Assembly: GCA_026770705.1 (NCBI GenBank) | Contig: JANJGN010000002.1 | Span: 176,638,001 to 176,702,000, forward strand | DNA from: Isurus oxyrinchus | Lineage: Eukaryota | Direction: 5' to 3' | Length of the DNA: 64,000 bases | In this document: positions 34,925-46,789 of the stretch, in pieces | Layout of the letters: each line of letters starts with the position of its first letter | Position numbering within the stretch: the first letter of the stretch is position 1 | Notes under the pieces: generated by a model | What the model was told of the DNA's origin: nothing | The model's database searches: none | Seen by the model: only the letters and a program-made list of their open reading frames with translations | Made by a program: the position numbers and the translations under genes

Positions 34925-36090
34925 TTACATGGAATTTACAGCACAGAAACAGGCCATTGGGCCTACCTAATCTATGTTGGTGTGTATGTTCCACACAAGA
35001 CTCCTCCCACCCTTCTTTATTACACTATCAGGGTTAACCTTCAGCTGCTTTCTTTCTCATGTGTTTATCAACTTCCTTGAATGTATCTATAGAAGAATCA
35101 TAGAATGGTTACAGCGCAGAAGGAGGTCATTTAGCACATTGTCTCTGCATCAGTTCTCTGCAAAGGCAACTCAGCTAGTCCCACTCCTCAACCTTTTCCC
35201 TGTAGCCCTGTAAAATCTTTTTTATTCAGGTAATTATCCGGTTCTCTTTTGAAAACCGCAGTTTTCAAAATGTGTCTCCACCACATGCTCAGGCAGTGCA
35301 TTCCAGATCCAAACCACTTATTACATAAAGAAGTTTTTCCTCTTGTCACTTCTGGCTCTTTTATTAATCACCTTGGGCTGCTCAACCTTCTACTGATGGG
35401 TGCAGTTCCTTCCTCTTTATGCTATCCAGGCTCCTCATGATTTTGAACATGTCAAACAAATCTCCTTTCGACCTTCTTTTCTGCAAGGTGAACAGCCCCA
35501 GCTTCACCAATCTATCCACATAACTGAAGCCTCTCATCCTAGGAACCATTCTTGTAAATCTTTCCTGCACCCTTTCTAAAACCTTCACATTCTTCCTGTT
35601 GAGGCTAGACCAGTATTTTATGAATTCAAAACAAAAACAGAATTACCTGGAAAAACTCAGCAGGTCTGACTCGAAACGTCAAGTATTTTATGAGGGTTCG
35701 TAGTTTGCTTTTGTACTCTGTGCCCCTATTTATAAAACCCAGGATTCAGTATAATTTATTAACTGCTTTCTCAACCTGCCTTGCCATCTTCAATGACTTA
35801 TGCACACACACCCAGGTCCCTTTGCTCCTGCATTTCCTTTAGAATTGTACCCTTTATTTTATGTCACCTCTCCTCGCTCTTCTGGCCAATATGTATCACT
35901 TCATGCTTCTCTACATTAAATTTCATCTTCTATGTACCTGTCCATTCCACCAGCCTGTCTGTATCCTCCTGAAGTCTATCACTATCCTCCTCGCAGTTCA
36001 CAATACTTCCAAGTCTTGCATCATTTTAAATTTCAAAATTGTGCCCTGTATACCCAGGTCTAGGTTATAAATATAAATCAAGAAAAGCAG
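34925..36090 (-). mobile_element. CR1 LINE fragments (two 3' ends plus RT C-terminus)
   Basis: ORF 35382-35588 LERVQERFTRMVP.MRGFSY.DRL.KLGLF; 3' tails at about 34925 and 35090. Confidence 0.85.
35624..35681 (-). mobile_element. Tiny young PLE insertion with inverted hammerhead piece, inside CR1
   Basis: 'caaaacaaaaacagaattacctggaaaaactcagcaggtct' joined to opposite-strand 'gactcgaaacgtca'. TSD AGTATTTTATGA at 35612-35623 and 35682-35693. Confidence 0.88.
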
Positions 36091-36399
36091 TTTCCTCTCT
36101 ATATACCATCCCCCAGTCAGAAGTAAGTAAAGTTTTCTGTAATTCATGTTTTTAATAGGTTTGAATTAAATAATTAAATTGTTGCATAATGAAATTCTAG
36201 CTATGCTAAAGACTAATGATTCAAAATGTCACATGGTTTGAAACAAACTGCCTACTAACACTAATATTTTCACATAAAAAGCATAGTTTACTGATGTTTA
36301 GGGGCTCAAATGATTAATACATAATAAAACATAATAGTAGATTTAAAAATGAAATAGCACATTTTCTTAGAGCTCCTGCACCTCCAAATTTGGCACTAC

Positions 36400-37620
36400 A
36401 CACCTGCCTATAGTTCAAGAAGTTATCTATCTCAACCCTAAATATATTTGATGACTCAGCCCCCATAGCACGCTGGAGCACTGAATTCCAAAGATTTATG
36501 ACCATCTGAGAGAAGAAGTTCCTTCTCATCTCCATTTTAAATGGGGGACCCCTGATTCTGAAACTGGGCCCACTGGTTATAAATTCCCACACAAAGGAAA
36601 GCATTTTCTCAGCATCTACCTTGTCAAGCTCCCTCAGAATCGTATATATTTCAATAAGATTACCTCTCATTCTTCTAATCTCCAATGATTATGGGCCCAG
36701 CCTGTTCAATCTTTCCTGTTAAGACAACCCTTTCATCTGAGAAATCAACCTAGTAAACCTTCTGTGAATTGCCTTCAATGTAAATATGTCCCTCCTTAAA
36801 CAAGAAGACCAAAACTGTGCACAATGCAGGAAGAAAGTGTAGTCTTAGCAGTGCCCTGTAATTAAAATGAGAATCCCCTAATTTTATATTCCATCCCCCT
36901 AAAGGCCACATTCCATTGCCTTCCTAATTATTTGCTGTACTTGCATGCTAACTTTTTGGCCAGGAATTTAAGGGCCCCCCCCCCCCCCCAGCCCGGTGGG
37001 ATATTATAGACTCGCTGAACTGAATGGAGATTTAAATGGCTTGCCGCATTCACCAGTTGGAGACATGCCATGGCGGGTCTGGAAAGTACTGGCCTTTGTG
37101 TTTCATATATGTAGACACCCAGAGCTCTCTGTACTGCAGCATTCCGTAGTCTGTCTCCATTTAAGTGATATTCTGCTTTTCTATTCTACAAAAATGGATA
37201 ACCTTACATTTTCCCACATTATACTTCATTTTTTGCTCAATCACCTGACCTATTTATATTCTTTTGCAGATTCTCTGTATCCTCCCCACATCTTGCTTTT
37301 CACCTATATTTGTATCATCAGCAAATTTTGCTACAGTATAGCCAGTCCCTTCATCTAAATCATTAATATAGAGCGTAAATAGTTGAGGGCCTAGCTCTGA
37401 TCCCTATGGTACCCACGTGTTACAGTTTGCCAGCTTGAAAATGACATTTATACCGACGCTGGTTAATGAAAAGGAAACAATGCTAATATATTAACTCCAA
37501 CACCATGAGCTTTGGTGTTGTACAGTAACTTTTTATGTGGCACCTTATCAAATGCATTTTAGAAATCCAAATATACTGTATCTATTGGTTCCTCTTTATC
37601 CATCCTGATTGTTACGTCCT
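36400..37620 (-). mobile_element. CR1 LINE fragment, with a short MITE-like interruption near 36957-37085
   Basis: ORF 36314-36685 RRMRGNLIEIY.IL...RRNFFSQ.VINLWNS; KFADDT motif at about 37310-37330; AFDKVPH at about 37538-37560. Confidence 0.85.
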
Positions 37621-38994
37621 TAGAGGGTGGTAAGAATGTGGAAATTATATGGAATGGTTGAACTGAATGGTATGGATCCATTTAAAGATCAAGAAGCTGG
37701 ATAAGTATGTGAAGGAGAAAGCAATGGTAATCGAGCTGAAGTAAAGCGGGAGGAGGATCATGTGAAGTCACAGTAATAGACCTGTTGGGCTGACTGGATT
37801 ACATCTTTGCTGTAACTTCTATGCAATAACGACGTGGATTATAGATGTCATGGCACACTTTGAGCAGAACTGAGAAATACTCACAGGGTTGTGCTGAAGA
37901 CAGGAGTTTTGTGGGTAGTCAGTTGCTTACACTGTTAATTAACTCACCCTGGAAATTTCCAGCACCCCCAAACCCCCATGCTGGTGCATCGTGTAATTTT
38001 CCAGCATAAAAATAATTAAATATGATAGAGCTTACATCAAGGAAATTCAGGGGCATGGTGTTTGAGCTGTGGGCCAGTGAATTGATGGTTAAGCATTTCT
38101 AAGGAAAATTGAGGAAAGAAACTAGCAACATATATTAGAAAGTTAAGTAAATATAAATACATTTACTGAAAGCAAATACTAAACCGATTGAATTAATGAA
38201 CCAGTTTAAGGCCAAAATGCTTTGCAAAGCGTGTAAAATGCAATTTTAATTTCTACTCCTGAGACAGCAGGTTGTCAGGTCTGCCTTGTTTGCTGAAATA
38301 AAAATTATAACTTAAATGGACAGAATGGTATGCATCAGGCACCGCAGGCCCACACTTTCACAAACATTGCTCCCTGTGAGAGCTGCTCTTTACCAGGAGA
38401 ATACCATTTAATAATCTGATCGAACTTTTCCCTGTCATCTTCAGTTTTTTTCTCTGTGCTTCAGTTTATTCCAAACCGTTTCCATGTTGGAACTGTAATC
38501 TACAGGTCAAAGTATAATAACACTAAGATAAAACTGCACTTAATGGATGTTTCTTGCAACAGCTTCACTGAAAGTTAAATATTTGTGCTTGATAAGTTGG
38601 ACTTTACAATCAATTTATGACTACATAAACACTATTCTCATTAAATGAAATGGTAAATCATTGCTATATAAACAAAGTGGGACATCTTATTCCATTTGTG
38701 TCCTGACAAAATGGCTTTGCCTTGCATTTTATAGTGCTAGCAAGACTCTCCTATTCTTTCTACCCCATTTTTCACTGTTCTTCCATAAGGTAACCATTAA
38801 GGAATAAGTTAGATACCTAATTAATGTAGTGATTGGACATCCATAATTCAATTTTATCGAACTTAAGCTTGCAATACATGATACAACCACTATCAGAGGA
38901 AAAAAGATTGAAGACAGAAATGGCAGGAGACCATGCCAACTGCTAATATTAGAGATGGCTAGATGTTTGATGCAGAAGAAAACACAGTTGTACA

Positions 38995-39530
38995 GGGATG
39001 AGTTTTTGGGCGGATTTTTTTGTACCCGCTGGCGCCGGGCGTGTTCGGCAGCGCGAATGGACAATATGATGATAAGGCCAAAAATCTATTTCATGACGTT
39101 GTGAAACCTGTTTGCGATCGTCAGCTCAGCCTGCCAATGGTGGGCCGCATGTCCCACCATCAGACATCAGGAACCTCATTGTAATACTTCTGCATAACAT
39201 TATGAGGCCATCCCGCCGGAATCATCCCCCCACGCTGGATCGTCCAAACACATTGGCGCGATTGCACACCAATGTGTTCATAACAGCATTTATAAGGTGT
39301 GCACTTGGGGCCTGCACTTCGCTTGGGACTTCAAGGTTTGTTTGCCTACCTTGCTTCAGTCAGCACTCAGAGTTATCAGCACCAGGCTTCACAGACATCA
39401 CCACATCACTTTTAGGGGGGGGCCAAACCCAACCACCATCGAAACAGTGTGTTCCCTGGGAATGCATAATTAAAATGTCATTTTTCCAACTCGCCACTGC
39501 ACTTAATGCAAATCTGGGATGATTCCACCT
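38995..39530. mobile_element. Internally deleted Harbinger-family element
   Basis: The right end 'gcacttaatgcaaatctgggatgattccacc' matches the right end of 10721-14344 ('acacttagtgcaaatctgggacaattccgccc'). Confidence 0.7.
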
Positions 39531-39567
39531 TTTGTATGAAAACTTATAATCTAAGGATTTAACAGAT

Positions 39568-39762
39568 TATATCTATATCTATCTATTTATCTGTCTATCT
39601 CTCTTTCTGCCTCTCTATCCGTCTCTCTGTATTTGTCAGTCTGCCTACCTACCTATCTATCTATCTGTCTATCTATCTATCTATCTATGTATCTTATCTA
39701 TCTAACTAATCTATCTTATCCATCTTTCTTATGTACCTATCTCATCCATCTATCTTATCTCC
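39568..39762. repeat. Degenerate (ATCT)n / GATA microsatellite
   Basis: Directly visible runs of tatc/tatct. Confidence 0.9.
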
Positions 39763-39779
39763 CAATCTTACCTAATTAG

Positions 39780-40760
39780 CAGGCAGGTTTTTCTAATGGT
39801 AGTTGGGTTCAATAAAAAGCCAGGAAGTTCCCGTGCCAGCCCCCAGTATCTTTTTGAGGAAAGGTCAGCTCCATAGTGCACAAAGATTTGGTGGTAATAA
39901 ATGACATCCGTCCTGCATGTACACACTTCCCCTGTGCCTCCCACCCAACCACTATTATCATGATGGTGTTAGCGTGAGATGTTAGGAGTGTGCACCAGGA
40001 ATATGCAGAGTAGGCAGATTCTGATATCAGTGTGTAATGCTGGTTTGGTCCCAGCCCTGCCATTTTCAACATCACCACTCCAGCTAATGCCCTTTTTTTA
40101 AACTTGCCCAGCTGAACTAGCAGAGGGAAGGATGCCCCATCAGCCAGTCATCAACTACATCCAGGTTAGTTACTGTTTGATTTCTACTAACTCAGACTGT
40201 GTTTTTAGAAACGCTGTAAGTTTTCTACTGCTGTTTAAAATTAGCAAAGTAACAGGATGTGGTGCTACCCATGGAGAAGGCCTTGGTTCTGATTTCAAGA
40301 GTTCAGGTCAGACCATTTGCTCCCAATTATGGATCTGTAGTTACCATTCACTTTGATATGCAGCATGAATGGGAGATTGAGCAGAGGAGGCATAGCAGAG
40401 TACAAACACAAACTGCTTAGAGAGGGGGAAGGGGGGTGGGGGAGGGCTTTAGCAGGAAGTCTTATCCAACGAAGGTCTTCAGGGAACATTTCTTTCAGCT
40501 CAGTCTAAGCCAGGAACATGTGTGCATCATCTCTGTTTTATGAAGGAGATGCTCACCGAATTCTGCCACCACTTAGACAGACCTGCAAACTCAAGGAAGG
40601 GTAAGAATGTTGTTTCCAGTTCTTGCATTGTACATGGAGCAACAAACTGCTGAAATGGAAGCTCAGGCAGCTGCCATGGTGGCTCATGGTTCCTTGGTTG
40701 AAAGCAATTTGTGGAATATCTCCAATAACCAGAGATCTGTCCACAACCAGGTCAATGTGT
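39780..40760 (+). mobile_element. Decayed Harbinger left end with transposase N-terminal remnant
   Basis: About 40505-40750 resembles the HARBI1-type N-terminus (E..C..LCFMKEMLTEFCHHL...LQ); possible TIR GGCAGGTTTT near 39782. Confidence 0.4.
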
Positions 40761-40766
40761 TATTAC

Positions 40767-41095
40767 TCATTCATGGGATGTGGGTGTCACTTGCTCAGCC
40801 AGTATTTATTGTCCATCCCTAATTGCTCTTGTTCAGAGGCTATTTAGGAGTCAATCACATTGCTGTCTGGAGTCACATGTAGGCCAGACCAGGTAAGGAT
40901 GGCATATTTCTTTCTCTAGTGAATCAGAGGGTTTTATGACAATTGGCAATGGTTTTATGATCATCAGACTTTTTAATTCCAGATTCAAATTTCACCATCT
41001 GCCATGGTGAGATTCGAATCCGGATCCCCAGAGGATTACCCTGGGCTCCTGGAATACTATTCCAGTGACAATACCACTAAGCCTCCACTTCCCCT
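40767..41095 (-). mobile_element. tRNA-derived SINE, well preserved
   Basis: Minus-strand head GGCTTAGTGGTATTGTCACTGGA...GGATTCGAATCTCACCATGGCAGATGGTG (A/B boxes); tail ...CACCCACATCCCATGAATGAGT. Confidence 0.8.
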
Positions 41096-41699
41096 GAACA
41101 GAGGCATAGAAATTATGGAGCAGGAAACTACTGTTTTTTCTTTAGATTCCAGCATTGTTGCTCCCTCCCTCACCACTTCACCATTGCTCTTGTCAGGCCT
41201 GATAGCCAGGCAGCCCAGCTTGCTGAAGTCCATGCTGGGATCATGCTGTCTGAGGCAGGGTCTTAACAGCCCACAGCCTCGAAAGGGATCCCAGGAGGGC
41301 ATTTGAATTTCCCTCCAGGTTCTCAGCAGCCAGCTGTGCTGCTGGCAGTATGTGGTTACACTTCATAGAAATAATGGATTATACAAGAACACTTACAGTT
41401 AGCCACTAAGGATAAGCACCAAGTGAATAGTTAAATACTTGTAAGTCCTTCTGTTGTGTCATGTTTCCATTGCTGGATTTTTGATGTAGGTAAAGGTGGG
41501 AATTGAATAGTGAAGGAATTGATGCTTTTCATTATGATCTTCATGGGGAAACGGCTGAAAGGATTGAAGTGCAGGTGATGCATAGCCTAATAGATCCTAA
41601 GTCCAGAAAAATATGTCACAGGCAACAGTACACAGGAGTCTGGTGCTGGAGCATGTCTCTCAAATGTACTTTTCAGTCAGATGGCAGCAGAGGATCTGT

Positions 41700-42835
41700 C
41701 CCAGTTGTAGGCCATCTACATGGAAGCCACTGATGCTCCTCCTGATCCCTTTCCTCTTCCTCTTCCGCCTCTTGTGGCTCCTCAGCTTGACTCTTTAGCA
41801 TAATTGTCAGTTTGTGGAGCATGCAGTAAGTCACCATGAATCTGGACACTTTCAAGGCTGAGCACTGCAGGACACCTCTTGACCAGCCAAGGCTTCTAAA
41901 CCTCAATTTTCTGCTCAATGATATTCTTGCTGGCTGAGTGACTCTCATTACATTCAGCTAGTGTCAGGAGAAAGTGGGGAGTGGGAGCAGGTATCATTTA
42001 GGAGATTCCTAAACCATGACATCAGAGGGAATACCTTGTAGCTAGGGGTTCACATTGTGTTTGTGCTGAAAGATCAATGGGGTAGATGGCTGTTTTATCA
42101 TGAATACAGCAGAGCAGCACCCTGGATAACAGGCATGATACACTGCTGCTGGCTGCAAGCAAGCTGTTCACTGTGGGAATGGAATCCCTTCCTGTTCCAG
42201 AAACCTCTGAGTTTAAATGAGGGGCTGACAATGGTTTCCTGGACCATAAGGGATCCTTCAACCCTGTTGAATCCGAGAGCTCTCCACCTCTGATCATTGC
42301 TGACAATGGAAAACAATATGTATTCATTCCTTACAGAACTTCCTTATGCAGAAGTGCACAGAGGATTGTGAGGTGTAATTTATATCACCTGTGCTAACCT
42401 GGAAGGGTCCAATAGCATAAAGATTAAGTACTACTGTGACCTTGACTGGCACAGATGGTGCAATCCTGGCGGTACCGTGACACCTGAGTCTTTGTTCCAT
42501 GGACTTCAGATTTCTATGACAACCTCCATGGCAAAGCACAGCCTCTTCCTGCATTGGTCTTGGGTCATGTAGAATTAATTGAACAGGACTTTTGGGAAGA
42601 ATTTGGAAACTTTCTGAAACACTTTTGTCAAAGACAAACGGGTGGATTGGACCTCCTGCTGAGAGCTCTCCTGTTCTTCTCTCCTGCAGCAGCTGATGCT
42701 GGTTTGCCTGACCTCATCTCTTCCTCCAGTTCCTCATGCAAAGCAAGGCATCTCCTAGTGAGATGCCCATGACCAAGCACCCCCTTTCTCCTGGTGACTC
42801 CTATAAGGTATCCAAAATGACAGGGGAGCACAGCA
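41700..42835 (-). pseudogene. Harbinger (HARBI1-like) DDE transposase, multiply disrupted
   Basis: SVPVKVTVVLNLYAIGPFQ..TGD...SQSSVHFCIR (42324-42554), F.NRKGFHS...QLAC (42098-42316), KLRFRSL..SRGVLQ....KVSRFMVTYCMLH plus acidic tail (41673-41948). Confidence 0.85.
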
Positions 42836-43253
42836 TTTACCCTCTTTAAGTAAAGTTCTGAGGGAATTTCTGGAAAAAATATTGAGTGTTGGTTGAGTCT
42901 TGACGAAGTGTTTCAGAAAGTTTCCTCATGCTTCCCAAAAGTCCTGTTCAAACAAAGTCGACCTCAATCAACAAGTGAATAATGAAAACTGAGCATTGCT
43001 TTAAGTAGCACTCGAAATCTTCAGCAATGTCTTGTTTTCTCTTGTTCAGCTGGTCACTGTTGTGAGAGATTGTTAAATGTAGTGTTATCCACCAAAATGC
43101 TGTGCAGCCTCTTTACTGAGTGCCAGCAGGCATTTTAATTGCCAATCAGCCCCTTAACGGTCTCTGGGGCACCCGTTCCTAGCGTATGCTTCAACTCCTT
43201 TATCAAGGTGTTGTCTTGTGCTACAGTTGAACTAAACCCACATTGCAGTTTAA

Positions 43254-43814
43254 GTATTGAATTCAACAACTTTAGGTCTTGATCTCCCTCCTCCATCCCC
43301 ACCCCCTTTCTGTTTCCCCCTTCCTTTTGTTTTTTCCAATAAATTATATAGATTTTTCTTTTCCCACCTATTTCCATTATTTTTAAATATTTTTAAATCT
43401 TTTATGCTCCCCCCACCCCGACTAGAGCTATATCTTGAGTGCCCTACCATCCATTCTTAATTAGCACATTCATTTAGATAATATCACCAACTTTAACACC
43501 TATGTGCTCTTTTGTTCTGTTGTTTGTGACATCTTTTGATGATCTGCTTCTATTACTGCTTGTTTGTCCCTACAACCACACCAACCCCCTCCACTTATCT
43601 CTCTCTCCCCCCACCCAAACCACGCCCCCCCCTACCTTAAACCAACTTATATTTCGCCCCTTTCTTGGACTCACTCAAGTTCTGTTGAAGGGTCATGAGG
43701 ACTCGAAACGTCAACTCTTTTCTTCTCCGCCGATGCTGCCAGACCTGCTGAGTTTTTCCAGGTAATTCTGTTTTTGTTTTGCCTTTCCAGCATCCGCAGT
43801 TTTTTTGTTTTTAT
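43254..43814 (+). mobile_element. Young PLE 3' fragment (ORF end, UTR, hammerhead terminus)
   Basis: Reverse complement of about 1290-1840. Starts at IEFNNFRS*. TSD TTGCAGTTTAA at 43243-43253 and 43815-43825. Confidence 0.95.
43678..43716 (+). ncRNA. Minimal hammerhead ribozyme motif
   Basis: AGUU-CUGUUGA-A-GGGUC-AUGAG-GACUC-GAAAC-GUC-AACU. Confidence 0.75.
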
Positions 43815-45224
43815 TTGCAGTTTAAATGCCCTTCATGGTCACATCAGAGTCTCTATGGTGCATAATGTGTTTGGAGAAAATCACCCCACTGTTCCTTAGA
43901 TTGCATTAGCTTCTGTAAATTTGTACTGCCTCCTATGGTTCTTCATTCAGTGAAAATGTGTACCATTTCAAATAAGCTATTATATAATTTTGTAAAACAA
44001 AATAAAGGAATATAAACATGTGGCGTTCTGTAGTCACATGTGGAAAAGACTCTAGGATAACAAATGACGAAGACCTAGTAGTAGATTATGTCTTGGTACC
44101 AACTTTCTAGTCCAACTGCAACCCTGCCCAATGCACATAATAGTGTGAATTTTTTTAAAATGAGCATTTCAAAAAAGTATTTAGAACTAAACAAAGTTGA
44201 TTGACACATCATAAACGAAATGCATTATTAGAGTGAAAAAGCATTTCCGGCAATTTTTATAGACTGACTAAAGATGGAGATTTTTGAAAGGCCAAGATAA
44301 CAGATACATGAGCTGAATCAAATGATACTGAAAAGGGATCCTGAGCTCATTCTTGTATCTCATTAATGCAAAATCCCAGCATGCACCATGGCCAGTATAA
44401 ATGAAGCAGATTTCAGAACAATAATTTCTCATTGATTCAACTGAAAAGTAAAATGATTGTAGCAAGAGGAGGTTTGTCTTTCTGCTTAAGTAAATTAAAT
44501 GTACTGAGATATTATTTTATGATTCACCTTTTTTAAATGTGGCTGTAGAATAATAATGGACATTGGCTTTTAGTTTCAAGGTATCAATTCTTCCAACAAA
44601 AATTGATCACCTTTTCATCAAAGTAGTTCAATCAGAAAATTATTTCTTCCCACTGACTACAACTCAACAAAATACTTTACATCTTTATTAAATACAATGC
44701 TTTATCCTGTAAAGGCAGGAAAACTTTAGCTCTATACAAACAAGGCTACTGATTACATTTAACACTATTGTCTTCATACATCACAGCTGCTTAATCTAAG
44801 ACCAGGATGACTCAGGTTTTTAAATTATTTTATTATCCATTACTAGATGTGCCTTGACTTCAAAGTGAATTGCCTGACGCACAACAAATTGACAAGTGTG
44901 GTATTTTAAGCTGAAGAATCTATGTCAAGAGATGGATGAATATTTTTGGTCACTGAGTAATCTTATGAGAATAGACAGAGCACCGATTGTCAGCAATGAC
45001 ATACATTTGCTTCTGAACCTCCTCATATTCATTGCTTCACAGTGATGCACTGTATGAATCTGGTGGTACAATAAATGTTCATTTTATTGATGAGTTTATT
45101 TCCAACACATTGTAAACTACAGTCTCTTTTGAAGCCATTTGCTTTAACATAGATAATAATGAGCTTACATTATTCTTCAAAAATAATCTGCACATTTATA
45201 TTGTATATTACTGCTGGCATAAGT

Positions 45225-45595
45225 AAAATCACAGTGTAGAAGGAAGCCATTTAGTCTGTCGTGTCTGTGTCAGCTCTCTGCAAGAGCAATTCAGCTAGCT
45301 CCATCCCCCTGTCCTTTCCATGTAGACATGCAATTTTTTTCTCTGCAGGCACTTATCCAAATTTCTTTTGAAAGCCATGACGGAATCTGTCTCCACCACA
45401 CTCTCGAGCAGTCAATTCCAGATCCTAACCTTGCTGCATCAAAAAAATTCCTCATGTTGCCATTTGTTCTTTTGCCATTCCCTTTACATAGGTGACCTCT
45501 GGTTCTCAAGCATCCAACCAATGGGAACAGTATTGCTCTATGCACCCTGTCTTGACCGCTTATGATTTTGAATATCTCTATCAAATCTCTTCTAG
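45225..45595 (-). mobile_element. CR1 LINE 3' end
   Basis: ORF 45291-45635 RRDLIEIFKIISG.DRV....LFPL....RTRGH. Confidence 0.85.
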
Positions 45596-46789
45596 GCAGT
45601 GGGGACTTATTTTGTAGAGGGATCTGCGAGCCCACCCTGTTTAAATAGTTGATTCATAGTTATGGTGGAGTTTGGCCAGCAAGCAATGTGCAACCTACAT
45701 CCAACAAGAGTGGAAAATCCAGGCCATAGTCCTTTTATGGGAAGTACAGTCTACTGAACTGGCTCTTAATGCTAAATGTTGGTATCATGGAAGGAATTTG
45801 TATGCTTAGATTTGCCAATTGTCTGCTTCTTGCCGAAAGTAATTTATGTTAATATCTAAACTAATAGCTAAATATGTACTTTAATAAAAGAATGTATGTA
45901 GAATGGCGCAAATAGCATAATTGCCATTACTTCTCTCCACAGAGAAAAGGTTTAAGAGAATGACCTTTAATGCACTTGCTAAGAGATTGTTCAGCAGCTA
46001 AGCATCTGTTAAACCTCGTTGCCATAGCAATTTCAATATTTTTTCTCCTTTTATGACATTGGTGAAACTAAAGAGAAATAATGGGCACAAATCAAACAGT
46101 AATGTGTGTAAGGTTGAACATTGTGCAAAGAAAGGAAGCAAACAAATTAGTTTGTACCGAAAATTGTCACTGCAGAATATTTTGTTCTGCATTTTCTAAT
46201 TACTTCCTACTCTACTTTTTATTTGTTCTCAGGGTGTGGGTGACTCAGACAATGCTGCATTTATTATCCATTCCTGTTTGGCCTAAGAAGATAATGATGG
46301 CCCTTCTTGAATCACTGAAATCCTTGTGGTAATGATACTCTCACAGCTTCTCTGTCGTCTATTATCCATTGCCTCCCTTGATGTTTTTATCTCTGCCTCT
46401 GACTATTTCTCATTCTTTTTCTATCCTTCATTTTGTAAGTTTCTCATTGCCTTTTCACTTTCTTCTGTTAATCTGCCACTCTTCTCCATGCATCCTGTTC
46501 AATACACCTCATATCATTGGGCTGAATTCTGAATTGTTGCTTTTTCTTCTCTTTAAAGCCCAGGGCATGCAACAAATATACAGCCAGAATTCTGCCTATC
46601 TCAAGCGGCAAAATAATTGTTTATTTCAAAAATTATTTGAGGTGTTAGTAAATCAAATCATTAAAGCATCAGGGTTTTCTCCTGTATTTAAATGAATGGA
46701 TATTCTCCAAATATGTCACAATGTTCTATTTGGGAGCTGGTAAGAGGGCAGAACTTCTGTGCCAAGCATTCAGTAGAGGAACAGACAAA

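Noticed and set aside
45800-45825. CTTAGATTTGCCAAT resembling MAGOH exon 2 (LRYAN)
   Set aside because: Similarity lasts about 5 codons, with no acceptor site and no NSNYKND continuation.
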